A stretch of 31,142 bases of DNA from Planctomycetota bacterium (GTDB lineage: Bacteria > Planctomycetota > UBA11346). The DNA is taken from contig JBBQSO010000065.1 of NCBI GenBank assembly GCA_038213805.1, forward strand, positions 1-31,142. The letters are read 5' to 3'. A model generated the notes under the pieces. The model saw only the letters and a list, made by a program, of their open reading frames with translations, was not told the DNA's origin and ran no database searches. This document shows positions 8,813-17,391 of this stretch, one piece after another (position 1 is the stretch's first letter; each line of letters opens with the position of its first letter). Made by a program: the position numbers and the translations under genes.

Positions 8813-10141
8813 ATGCCGCAAGCCAGCCTGCCCAGCTTTGAATCCGAGACCATGGAGGGCCGACCCCAGGAAGGCGGTGCGCCCGCGGTCCCGGTCGTCC
8901 ACGCCGCGACCTTGATCGAGCGCCTGGCGCGGCGCGCGGTGCTCGCCCGCTTCGCCGGCCTCACCCACGGCCGCATCGAGATCAGCGAAGGCGATCAGCG
9001 CTGGGTGCTCGGGGGCCGCGCCCCAGGGCCGGTGGCGCGCCTCACCATCCTGCATCCGCGCACCTGGGCCGACGTCGCCCTGGCCGGCACCATCGGCTCC
9101 GGCGAGGCGTTCATGGCCGGCGCCTGGACCTGCGACGACCTCACTTCACTGATCCGCATCCTGGTGCTGAACCGCGCGACCCTGGATGGTCTGGAGGGGG
9201 GCTGGGCACGTTTCAGCGCGCCGCTGTTCCGCCTCGCCCATGCCTGGAACCGCAACACCCCGGGCGGCAGCCGGCGCAACATCAGCGCGCACTACGACCT
9301 CGGAAACGAGTTCTTCGCGCTCTTCCTCGATCGCGAGATGATGTATTCCAGCGCGTATTTCCCGAGCGCCGCCGCCACCCTCGAAGAAGCCTCGACGGCC
9401 AAGCTCGAACGCATTTGCGCGCGCCTCGAACTGAAGCCCGGTGACCATCTGCTCGAGATCGGTACCGGCTGGGGCGGCATGGCCATCCACGCCGCGCGCC
9501 ATCACGGCTGCCGCGTCACCACCACCACCATCTCGAAGCGTCAGCACGAACTCGCCACTGCGCGGGTGCACGCCGCGGGCCTCGAGGACCGCGTCACGGT
9601 GCTGCTCAGCGACTATCGCGATCTCACCGGGACCTACGACAAGCTGGTGTCGATCGAGATGATCGAGGCGGTCGGCTGGCAGTTCTACGAAACCTACTTC
9701 CGCACCTGCGCGCGCCTGCTGAAGCCAGCGGGGTTGATGGTCATCCAGGCCATCACCATCGCCGACCAGCAGTACGAGACCGCCAAGCGCTGCGTCGACT
9801 TCATCCAGCGCCACATCTTCCCGGGCAGCTGCATCCCCTCGCTGACTGCGCTGGGCAACGCCATGACCCGCGCCAGCGACCTGCGCGTGGTCGCCAGCGA
9901 GGACCACGCGCCGCACTACGCGCGCACCCTGGCCTGCTGGCGCGAGCGTTTCCTGGCCAAGCGCGGCGAGGCCGCGGCGCTGGGCTGCAGCGAGACCTTC
10001 CTGCGCATGTGGGAGTTCTACCTGTGCTATTGCGAAGGCGGGTTCCACGAGCGCGTCCTTGGCCTGGTCCACCTGACCATCGCCAAGCCGGGTTACCGCC
10101 AGCCGGACCAGCTGGCGCTCGACCCCGCCCGGACGGCCTGA
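8813..10141 (+). CDS. Cyclopropane-fatty-acyl-phospholipid synthase family methyltransferase (UfaM/UfaA1-like)
   Basis: NISAHYDLGNEFF..MMYSSAYF, LLEIGTGWGG, SIEMIEAVG, FIQRHIFPG, HYARTL, RMWEFYLCYCEGGF. Confidence 0.92.
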   Translation: MPQASLPSFESETMEGRPQEGGAPAVPVVHAATLIERLARRAVLARFAGLTHGRIEISEGDQRWVLGGRAPGPVARLTILHPRTWADVALAGTIGSGEAFMAGAWTCDDLTSLIRILVLNRATLDGLEGGWARFSAPLFRLAHAWNRNTPGGSRRNISAHYDLGNEFFALFLDREMMYSSAYFPSAAATLEEASTAKLERICARLELKPGDHLLEIGTGWGGMAIHAARHHGCRVTTTTISKRQHELATARVHAAGLEDRVTVLLSDYRDLTGTYDKLVSIEMIEAVGWQFYETYFRTCARLLKPAGLMVIQAITIADQQYETAKRCVDFIQRHIFPGSCIPSLTALGNAMTRASDLRVVASEDHAPHYARTLACWRERFLAKRGEAAALGCSETFLRMWEFYLCYCEGGFHERVLGLVHLTIAKPGYRQPDQLALDPARTA

Positions 10142-10142
10142 G

Positions 10143-10739
10143 ATGGCGACGATCTTCGCCGCGTCCGGCCCCGCGCCGTTGGGAGCGCCGCGCTGGCGGC
10201 ACTTCCCACTCGTTGAGGCGGCGCTCTTCCAGGCGGGCTGGTTCGCCTGCGTGCTGGGCGCGGCACACCAGCTGTTCTGGCTGGGCCCGGTGGTGGCCGG
10301 CGCCGTGCTGCTGATCCATCTCGCCTGCATGCACCAGCCGCGCAGCGAGCTGCGCGTCGCCGGCTTCGCCTTGATGACCGGGGTGCTCGCCGACTCGCTG
10401 CTCGGGCAGGTCGGCCTGCTGCGCTGCGCGCCGTTCGCGGATGCGGTGTCGCCGCCGTGGATGGCGGTGCTGTGGCCGCTGTTCGGCATCTCGCTGCGCA
10501 CCTACTGCCGCTGGCTGCAGCGCCGCCTGGTGCTCGCCGCGCTCCTCGGCGCAGTGGCAGGGCCACTGTCCTACTGGGCCGGGGTGCGGATCGGGGTGCT
10601 GCAGCTGCCCGCGGGTACGCTGCCCGGCTTGGCGGCGATCTCCGTCGAATGGCTGATCGCGACGCCGCTGCTGGCCTGGTTCGCCGGCTGGGCGGGGCGT
10701 GCGGATCCGGCAGCGACGGCGGAGGTGTCGCGTGCCTGA
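10143..10739 (+). CDS. DUF2878 family membrane protein
   Basis: FQAGWFACVLG, PPWMAVLWPLF, GAVAGPLSYWAG; several TM helices; usual member of this cluster. Confidence 0.8.
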   Translation: MATIFAASGPAPLGAPRWRHFPLVEAALFQAGWFACVLGAAHQLFWLGPVVAGAVLLIHLACMHQPRSELRVAGFALMTGVLADSLLGQVGLLRCAPFADAVSPPWMAVLWPLFGISLRTYCRWLQRRLVLAALLGAVAGPLSYWAGVRIGVLQLPAGTLPGLAAISVEWLIATPLLAWFAGWAGRADPAATAEVSRA

Positions 10740-11541
10740 GGCGCTCATCCACCTGCTGATCATCGCCGGCGCGGCGTCGGCGCTGATGGTGGCGCTATGG
10801 CTCGTGCAGCGCGCGCGCCGCGACGCCAGCCTGGTCGACGCCGGCTGGGCCTTCGGCATCGGCGCGGGCGCGGTGCTGCTGCTCGCGCTCGGTGATGGCG
10901 ACCCCACCCGGCGCATGGTGACTGGCGCGCTCATTGCGGTGTGGTCGCTGCGCCTGACCGCTCATCTGGTGCGCGATCGGGTCATCGGAAAACCCGAGGA
11001 CGGCCGCTATCAGGAACTGCGCCAGCGCTGGGGTGCGCAGGCGAACACCTGGTTCTTTGTCTTCTTCCAGTTCCAGGCGCTGCTGGTGGTGGTGTTCACC
11101 ACGCCCTTCCTGGTGATCGCCACGGATACCGCCGCCTTCGGCGGCATCGGCGACTGGGCCGGCATCGCCATCTGGGTGGTGGCGCTGGGCGCCGAAGCGC
11201 TCGCTGACCGCGAGCTCGCCGCCTGGCGCCGCGATCCGGCCAATCGCGGCCGCACCTGCCGCGCGGGCCTGTGGCGGTATTCGCGGCACCCCAACTATTT
11301 TGGTGAGTGGCTGCACTGGTTCGCCTACGTCGCCCTGGCCGCCGCGTCGCCGTGGATGGGCGTGACCTGGCTGGTGCCGGCGCTGCTGCTCTTCCTGCTT
11401 CTGAAAGTCACCGGCATCCCGCCCACCGAGGCGCGCGCCCTGGCCAGCCGCGGCGACGACTACCGCGCGTACCAGCGTACCACCAGCGCCTTCATCCCCT
11501 GGTTCCCGAAACGGGACCCCACGCCTACGGAGTCGCCATGA
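10732..11541 (+). CDS. DUF1295 family membrane protein (steroid 5-alpha-reductase-like, Rv0446c-like)
   Basis: SLVDAGW, EDGRY, GLWRYSRHPNYFGEW, YRAYQRTTSAFIPWFP. GTG start with GGAGG at 10721. Confidence 0.9.
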   Translation: MPEALIHLLIIAGAASALMVALWLVQRARRDASLVDAGWAFGIGAGAVLLLALGDGDPTRRMVTGALIAVWSLRLTAHLVRDRVIGKPEDGRYQELRQRWGAQANTWFFVFFQFQALLVVVFTTPFLVIATDTAAFGGIGDWAGIAIWVVALGAEALADRELAAWRRDPANRGRTCRAGLWRYSRHPNYFGEWLHWFAYVALAAASPWMGVTWLVPALLLFLLLKVTGIPPTEARALASRGDDYRAYQRTTSAFIPWFPKRDPTPTESP

Positions 11542-12569
11542 GCCTTGGACTCGATCTCGCCGAACGCGGCCTGCTGCCCGACGCCGTCACCCGCCTCGGG
11601 ATCCGCCGTCTGCTGCGCGACCGCCTGCGCAGCGAATCGCACGGTGGCCCGGAAGGCGACCAGCAGCATCTCATGGGCCTGGTCGAAGAGCTCAAGCGCA
11701 GCCCGCTTGCCGTGCACACCGACGCGGCCAACGCGCAGCACTACGAGGTGCCCGCAGAGTTCTATCTCCAGGTGTTGGGGAAGCGGCTGAAGTACAGCTC
11801 GTGCTATTATCCCGAAGGCGTCACCGGCCTCGACCAGGCCGAAGAGGTCATGCTCGGCATGACCTGCGAGCGCGCTCAGCTCGCCGATGGCATGGACATC
11901 CTTGAGATCGGCTGTGGCTGGGGATCGCTGACGCTGTGGATGGCCGAGAAATACCCGCACGCGCGCATCACCGCGGTCTCGAACTCGGCCTCGCAGCGCG
12001 AATTCATCACGGCGCGGGCACGCGAGCGCGGCTTCGCCAACGTCACGGTGATCACCGCGAACATGATCGGCTTCGACACCGAGCTGCGCTTCGACCGCGT
12101 GGTCTCGGTGGAGTGCTTTGAGCACCTGCGCAACTACCACGAGCTGTTCCGGCGCATCGCGTCGTGGCTGCGGCCCGACGGCAAGCTTTTCACCCACGTC
12201 TTCAGCCACAGCCGCTTCGCCTACCCCTTCGAGACCAGCGGCACTGACGACTGGATGGGCAAGCACTTCTTCACTGGCGGCATCATGCCATCCGACCAGC
12301 TCTTCCTGTATTTCCAGGAGCACCTCGCCATCGCCGCGCACTGGCGCGTCGACGGCACCCACTACGCGCGCACCGCGCGCGGCTGGCTCGACAACCTCGA
12401 CCGCCGCCGTGACACCGTCATGGGCTTCTTCCGCCGCGACGCCGACCACAAGCTCGCCACCGTGCGCTGCGAGCGCTGGCGCATGTTCTTCATGGCCTGC
12501 GAGGAATTGTTCGGCTACGCCAAGGGACAGGAGTGGATCGTGAGCCATTACCTGTTTACGCGGCGGTAG
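11538..12569 (+). CDS. Second SAM-dependent methyltransferase, CFA synthase / coclaurine N-methyltransferase-like subfamily
   Basis: ANAQHYEVP, KYSSCYY, ILEIGCGWGSL, SVECFEHLRNY, WMGKHFFTGGIMPS, WRMFFMACEELFGY. ATGA overlap. Confidence 0.88.
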   Translation: MSLGLDLAERGLLPDAVTRLGIRRLLRDRLRSESHGGPEGDQQHLMGLVEELKRSPLAVHTDAANAQHYEVPAEFYLQVLGKRLKYSSCYYPEGVTGLDQAEEVMLGMTCERAQLADGMDILEIGCGWGSLTLWMAEKYPHARITAVSNSASQREFITARARERGFANVTVITANMIGFDTELRFDRVVSVECFEHLRNYHELFRRIASWLRPDGKLFTHVFSHSRFAYPFETSGTDDWMGKHFFTGGIMPSDQLFLYFQEHLAIAAHWRVDGTHYARTARGWLDNLDRRRDTVMGFFRRDADHKLATVRCERWRMFFMACEELFGYAKGQEWIVSHYLFTRR

Positions 12570-12572
12570 GCG

Positions 12573-12593
12573 AGGCGCGAGGCGTGAGGCGTA
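12573..12593 (+). repeat. Short heptamer array AGGCG(C/T)(G/A) x3 directly after the stop codon
   Basis: AGGCGCG AGGCGTG AGGCGTA; same unit as in 28644-28678. Confidence 0.6.
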
Positions 12594-12658
12594 TAGCATA
12601 AGATAGGCCGTCGGGCCGAGAGGCTAATGGGCGCACGCGGGCCCCGCGTCTAGCTGCC

Positions 12659-13138
12659 GATGAGACCGCGGAGCGGACGGAAGAAACCAGCCCAGGGCGC
12701 GAGCCCTGCTCATTACCCACAAGTCGCAGCACTCGGGCACTGACACTCTTATCCGCAAGGTCCTGTCCGCAGCCCGCGGAGCGGGCGACACATCGTAGCC
12801 CAGGGCGTGAGCCCTGGGAACCTCGGTTAGGGAGGAAGATCGGAGCCCGCGGAGCGGGCGGCACAGGTCCTGCCACATCGAAATGCGATGAATGCCGGGC
12901 GAGTCGTGATGATCGACGGACATCCCCAGATCGGGTCCCAATGGTCGTGCATTACCGCTGAGCCTGCTGTGTCGCCCACTCCGTGGGCTGGCCCGCAGAC
13001 ACTCCGCGCGATCCAGGGCTGGGGCCCTGGGCTACGATGTGTCGCCCGCTCCGCGGGCTCTGAGTGGCTGCGATTCGACTGACTTGTGGGTAATGGGTAG
13101 GGCTCACAGCCTGGGCTAATTTGCTCCGCAGGCTCATC
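12659..13138. repeat. Nested REP/REPIN-like palindromic element (about 480 bp, three pairs of inverted arms)
   Basis: 12771-12806 is a perfect 36-bp reverse complement of 13024-13059. CATTACCCACAAGTC (12711-12725) pairs with 13081-13095. 12844-12866 pairs with 12967-12989. Units are GCCCGC-GGA-GCGGGC and CCCAGGGC-GTGA-GCCCTGGG hairpins. Confidence 0.88.
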
Positions 13139-13188
13139 ATCGTCATTTTCAATGGCTTAAACCGACTCCTCGGAAGAAGTCGGGAATT

Positions 13189-13229
13189 AAGAAAGCACAT
13201 GCTTGCATTCTAAAAAGAAAGCACATGCT
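13189..13229 (+). promoter_or_regulatory. Duplicated putative TetR operator AAGAAAGCACATGCT
   Basis: Identical 15-mers at 13189 and 13215, each with an AGCA-CA-TGCT dyad, in an AT-rich patch upstream of tetR. Confidence 0.65.
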
Positions 13230-13267
13230 CCCAATCATGCGGGCCTCGCCCCCGCAGCGGGAGCGTC

Positions 13268-13807
13268 ATGGGTCGTCGTCCATTCGTCCGAGATCAGATC
13301 CTCGAAGCCGCCTTCCACCTGATGGCGGTCGAGGGCTACGAGGCGGTCAGCACCCGGCAGATCGCCGAGCGCGCAGGCGTCGGCGCTGCATCCATGTTCA
13401 AGCACTTCCCGACCAAGGAGGACCTCGGTCGCGAGCTTTACCGTGTCGCGCTCGCACCGCTGCAGCGCCAGTTCGCCGATCTCGCAGCCACGATGCCCGA
13501 ACCGCGCGCCGCCCTGCGCGCCGCTCTGCGCCTGCTTTATAGCGCCTACGATGAACGTCCGCGCGCCCTCGCCCTGCTGGTCTTCCCCCCGCACGAGATC
13601 ACCCCAGCCGAGGTCGATATAGCAGAGCCGGCAGCGGTGCGCGCCGTGCTGCAGCGCCTGCTCGGTGCCGATGACGACCTCGCCGCCATCATTTGGGGCG
13701 CTCTCACCGGGCCGCTCCAGGACCGCTTCCTGCGCCGCCGCGCCGGCGCCATGACCCCGCACGCCGATGAGCACGCCAAGCGCATCGTCCGCCTGCTTCC
13801 CACCTGA
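13268..13807 (+). CDS. TetR/AcrR family transcriptional regulator
   Basis: HTH RDQILEAAFHLMAVEGYEAVSTRQIAERAGVGAASMFKHFPTKEDL; GGAG upstream. Confidence 0.92.
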   Translation: MGRRPFVRDQILEAAFHLMAVEGYEAVSTRQIAERAGVGAASMFKHFPTKEDLGRELYRVALAPLQRQFADLAATMPEPRAALRAALRLLYSAYDERPRALALLVFPPHEITPAEVDIAEPAAVRAVLQRLLGADDDLAAIIWGALTGPLQDRFLRRRAGAMTPHADEHAKRIVRLLPT

Positions 13808-13820
13808 ACGGAGAACCGCC

Positions 13821-15623
13821 ATGTCCACCGCCGCCTCGCGCGCCCTGGGCCTCGCCCTCGGCGCCACACTTGCCCTGCTGCTGCCGGCCTGCGCCGAACG
13901 CAGCGGGTTCCAATATGACTCGGCCCCCCAGCGTAGGGATCACCAGGACGTTTCAGAAGCCGGCAAGGCCTCGGGCGTGACCGCGGGGGCCGTTTCCGGT
14001 GAGGGAGGGCACGACGCCAAGGAGCGGCTAACCGATCTGCGCGCGCTACCGGAGCGCGTCCGGGCGCCGACCTCCGGACAGGAACCCCAGGCGCCTTCGT
14101 CGGCCGGTCACGAGCGCGGCCCACTCCTCGCCCGGGACCTGGGCGACGGTGCGGGTGGCGAGAAGCTCGGCCGCCCGCGCGTCGCGGTCGAGGAGCGCGC
14201 CATCGACCAGCGCGACGCCTGGCGCTTCACCCGCACCGACCAGGCGGGCGGCGACGCCTCGACCTTCGGCACCGACGTCGACACCGCGTCCTACACCCAG
14301 GTGCGCGCGGTGTTGGCCGACGGCCGGCTGCCCGAGCCCGGGATCGTGCGCATCGAGGAGATGCTCAACGCCTTCCACTACGACTACCAGCGCCCGTCTG
14401 CGACCGACGTCCACCCCTTCGTCATCAGCACCGACGTGGTCACCTGCCCCTGGCAGCCGGCGCACCGCCTGGCGCGCATCGCCATCGCCGGTCGCGAGGT
14501 GGACGCCGCGCAGCGCCCGCCGGTGAACCTGGTGTTCCTGATCGATGTCAGCGGTTCGATGAGCGCGGACAACCGCCTGCCGCTGCTCAAGCGCGCCTTC
14601 GCCCTGCTCGTCGACCAGCTCGATGGACGCGATCACGTCGCCATCGTCACCTATGCGGGTCGGGCCGGCATCGTCCTGCCGCCGACTTCCGGGGCGGAGC
14701 GCGGCGCCATCATGCGCGCCATCGACGGGCTGCGCGCTGGCGGCTCGACCAATGGCGAGGCCGGCATCGCCGTCGCCTACCGCGTCGCGCGTCTGAACTT
14801 TGCGCGCGGCGCCGCCAACCGCGTGATCCTCGCGACCGACGGCGACTTCAACGTCGGCGCGACCGGGTCGGACGACCTGCTGCACTACGTGCGCCGCGAG
14901 GCCAACGCCGGCATCGGCTTGACCGCGCTCGGCGTGGGCATGGGCAACGAGCGCAACGAGGTGCTGCGCCAGCTCGCCGACCAGGGCAACGGTATCCATG
15001 CCTACCTGGACAGCGATGCCGAGGCGCGCCGCCTGTTCGTCACCGACCTGCCTGCCAGCCTGGTGACCATCGCCCAGGACGCGAAAATCCAGGTGTTCTT
15101 CAACCCTGGCGCAGTCGCTGCCTGGCGCCTGCTCGGCTATGAGAAGCGCGCTCTGGCGCGCCGCGACTTCAACGACGACCGCGTGGACGCCGGCGACCTG
15201 GGCGCCGGCCACACCGTCACTGCGCTCTACGAACTGGTGCCGGCCACCGCGTTCGCACCGGTCGCCGCCGACGCCAACCCCTTCATCGCCGACGTCCAAC
15301 CCGCGCTGGTGCACGAGGTGCTGGATCCCAGTCGCCTGATGCGCGTGCGCCTGCGCTACCAGCCGCCCGGGGGCGGCGACAGCCGGCTGCTCGAGAGCGA
15401 CGTCGCCGACCGCGTCGAGACCCAGCCTGAGCGCGACACCGCCTGGGCCGCTGCAATCGCCGGCTTCGCCATGCTGCTGCGCGGTGACGCGCCCGCCGGC
15501 CTCGACTGGGACCTGGTCGAGCGCCTCGCCCGCGCCGGCCGCGGCAGCGCGGATCCGCAGCGCGGGGAGTTCATTGATCTGGTCATGGATGCGCACCGGT
15601 TGCAGGCGCGGCGGGGGCGGTGA
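13821..15623 (+). CDS. vWA-domain lipoprotein (YfbK-like: vWF_A, VWA and DUF3520 domains)
   Basis: Signal with lipobox LLLPAC; STFGTDVDTASY, VRIEEMLNAFHYDY, MIDAS DVSGSM, ILATDGDFNVG, DFNDDRVDAGDLGAGHTVTALYE. Start ATG 13821 with GGAG. Confidence 0.88.
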   Translation: MSTAASRALGLALGATLALLLPACAERSGFQYDSAPQRRDHQDVSEAGKASGVTAGAVSGEGGHDAKERLTDLRALPERVRAPTSGQEPQAPSSAGHERGPLLARDLGDGAGGEKLGRPRVAVEERAIDQRDAWRFTRTDQAGGDASTFGTDVDTASYTQVRAVLADGRLPEPGIVRIEEMLNAFHYDYQRPSATDVHPFVISTDVVTCPWQPAHRLARIAIAGREVDAAQRPPVNLVFLIDVSGSMSADNRLPLLKRAFALLVDQLDGRDHVAIVTYAGRAGIVLPPTSGAERGAIMRAIDGLRAGGSTNGEAGIAVAYRVARLNFARGAANRVILATDGDFNVGATGSDDLLHYVRREANAGIGLTALGVGMGNERNEVLRQLADQGNGIHAYLDSDAEARRLFVTDLPASLVTIAQDAKIQVFFNPGAVAAWRLLGYEKRALARRDFNDDRVDAGDLGAGHTVTALYELVPATAFAPVAADANPFIADVQPALVHEVLDPSRLMRVRLRYQPPGGGDSRLLESDVADRVETQPERDTAWAAAIAGFAMLLRGDAPAGLDWDLVERLARAGRGSADPQRGEFIDLVMDAHRLQARRGR

Positions 15624-15635
15624 GGGGATTGGGGA

Positions 15636-15845
15636 GATGGCTGATGGCTGATGGCTGATGGCTGACGGCCAACGGACAGCGAGATTTCTCTCGCTGTCCG
15701 TTGTCGTTTGTCGCTATCAGCTATCAGCTATCAGCTATCAGCTATCAGCTATCAGCTATCAGCTATCAGCTATCAGCTATCAGCTATCAGCTATCAGCTA
15801 TCAGCCATCAGCCATCAGCCATCAGCCATCAGCTATCAGCTATCA
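15636..15845. repeat. Inverted heptamer arrays (GATGGCT)x4+ ... (GCTATCA)13(GCCATCA)4(GCTATCA)2
   Basis: Left arm 15636-15677, decaying into GACGGCC and AACGGAC. Right arm is 19 units, 15713-15845. Confidence 0.95.
15670..15710 (+). terminator. Perfect 15-bp hairpin inside the heptamer arms, terminator-like
   Basis: CAACGGACAGCGAGA-TTTC-TCTCGCTGTCCGTTG followed by TCGTTTG. Confidence 0.6.
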
Positions 15846-15907
15846 GCCCTCACCAGCCCCATGCCCACACCAGTCGCCAACGCGCCCCGCCGCGCTAGCC
15901 TCGCGGC

Positions 15908-17212
15908 ATGGAGCTGCTTCCCGGCCTCTCGCGCCTGCGTCTGCCGCCCTTCCATCTCGTGCGCCAGGCCTTCGCCGGTGACGAGGTCGGCGAGGTCGCG
16001 GCGGCCGTGCGCGCGGCCCTGGCCGCGCCCGGGATCGCCGCCAGCCTGCGCCCCGGCCTGACCGTCGCGGTGGCGGTGGGCAGCCGGGGCATCGCCGACC
16101 TGCCCACCCTGGTCGCCACTCTGGTGGCGGAGCTCATCCAGCGCGGCCTGAAGGTCTTCCTCGTCCCCGCCATGGGCAGCCACGGCGGCGGCACTGCCGA
16201 GGGACAGGCAGCGGTGCTGGCGCGCTACGGGGTGACCGCGCAGTCAGCGGGCGCGCCACTGCGCAGCGACTTGGCGACCGACGTGATCGGCGCCCTGCGT
16301 TTCGACGAGTCGGCCCAGGACTACCTCCCGGTCGCCGATCCCGATCCCGAGCATGACCTGCTGGTGCGCTGCGACCGCGTGGCGTGGCGCGAGGCCGACC
16401 TGATCATCCCGGTGGTGCGGGTGAAGCCGCACACCGGTTTCCGCGGGCCCGTCGAGAGCGGCATCTGCAAGATGCTGGCCATCGGCCTGGCCAAGCACGA
16501 GGGCTGCGCGCGGCTGCACCGCGAAGGCTACGCCCGCTTCGCGCGCCTGATCCCGGCCGCGGCCGGGCCGTTGCTGGCCAGTGGGCGCGTGCCCTTCGCG
16601 CTGGCCGTGGTAGAGAACGCGGCCGAGCGCCTCGCTGTGGTCGAGGCGGTGCCGGCAGCACGCGTGCTGGCGCGCGAACCGGCCCTGCTCGACACGGCGC
16701 GCGCCCTGCTGCCGCGCCTGCTGCTGCCGCGCATCGACGTGCTGGTGGTCGAGGAGATCGGCAAGGACATCAGCGGCACGGGCATGGACTCCAACGTCAC
16801 CGGCCGGGCAGAGGACGGCCGCCTGCCGGGCTTCACCGGGCCCGCCATCCAGCGCATCGTGGTGCTCGGCTTGTCAGCGGCGACCAAGGGCAACGCCACC
16901 GGTCTGGGCATGGCCGACCTCATCACCGAGCGCGTCTTCGCCGCCATCGATCGCAGCGTCACGGCGACCAACGTGCTGACCAGCGGCAGCCTTGAGGGCG
17001 GGCGCATCCCCATCGCCCTGCCCAGCGACGACGAGGCCATCCTGGCGGCGGCGAGCTGCGTGCCCGGCGTGCGGGCACAGGACGCGACCATCGTGCGCAT
17101 CCGCAATACGCGTAACCTGGCGCATATCGCGGTGTCAGAGAACCTGCTGCCGGTGGTGCGGGCGACGGCCGGGTGCGCTGTGGTGGGGCCGTTCGCGGGT
17201 GTTTGGCCGTGA
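15908..17212 (+). CDS. LarA-like / DUF2088 family protein (nickel-pincer lactate racemase superfamily)
   Basis: VAVAVGSRGI, VPAMGSHGGGTAEGQ, RVKPHTGFRGPVESGICKMLAIGLAKHEG, EIGKDISGTGMDSNVTGR, GNATGLGMAD. Confidence 0.75.
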   Translation: MELLPGLSRLRLPPFHLVRQAFAGDEVGEVAAAVRAALAAPGIAASLRPGLTVAVAVGSRGIADLPTLVATLVAELIQRGLKVFLVPAMGSHGGGTAEGQAAVLARYGVTAQSAGAPLRSDLATDVIGALRFDESAQDYLPVADPDPEHDLLVRCDRVAWREADLIIPVVRVKPHTGFRGPVESGICKMLAIGLAKHEGCARLHREGYARFARLIPAAAGPLLASGRVPFALAVVENAAERLAVVEAVPAARVLAREPALLDTARALLPRLLLPRIDVLVVEEIGKDISGTGMDSNVTGRAEDGRLPGFTGPAIQRIVVLGLSAATKGNATGLGMADLITERVFAAIDRSVTATNVLTSGSLEGGRIPIALPSDDEAILAAASCVPGVRAQDATIVRIRNTRNLAHIAVSENLLPVVRATAGCAVVGPFAGVWP

Positions 17213-17233
17213 TGAGGCGGCTGGCGCTGTACA

Positions 17234-17391
17234 GCTGATGGCTGATGGCGCGTGGACGTGATCGTTGGCGGACGCCGAGCGATGGCTGTCCCCTCGAAAC
17301 GACGACACCGGCGCGCAGCGCCGGTGTCGTCAGCCATCAGCCATCAGCCATCAGCCATCAGCCATCAGCCATCAGCCATCAGCCATCAGCC
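17234..17391. repeat. Inverted heptamer arrays (GCTGATG)x2 ... (TCAGCCA)x8+
   Basis: 17234-17249 and 17330-17391; the last unit supplies the TGA stop of the minus-strand gene. Confidence 0.92.
17301..17331. terminator. Perfect 14-bp hairpin between convergent genes
   Basis: GACGACACCGGCGC-GCA-GCGCCGGTGTCGTC; no clear U-tract. Confidence 0.5.

Noticed and set aside
12659..13138. Possible CRISPR array
   Set aside because: Repeats are inverted and nested with irregular spacing, not direct repeats with uniform spacers; no cas genes are present.
14046..15596. Long antisense ORFs (also 562-1431, 9146-10501, 11460-12599, 19201-20424, 21384-23000, 26786-27808)
   Set aside because: Expected in GC-rich DNA with strong GC3 bias; they mirror well-supported genes and show no motifs.
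15658..16061. ORFs with SAISYQL/SAISHQP repeats (also 5088-5480, 17245-17501) and similar RTSHLAP and SGLPDFRT ORFs
   Set aside because: They are translations of the 7/8-mer DNA arrays; the same peptide appears in all three frames, so they are not real proteins.
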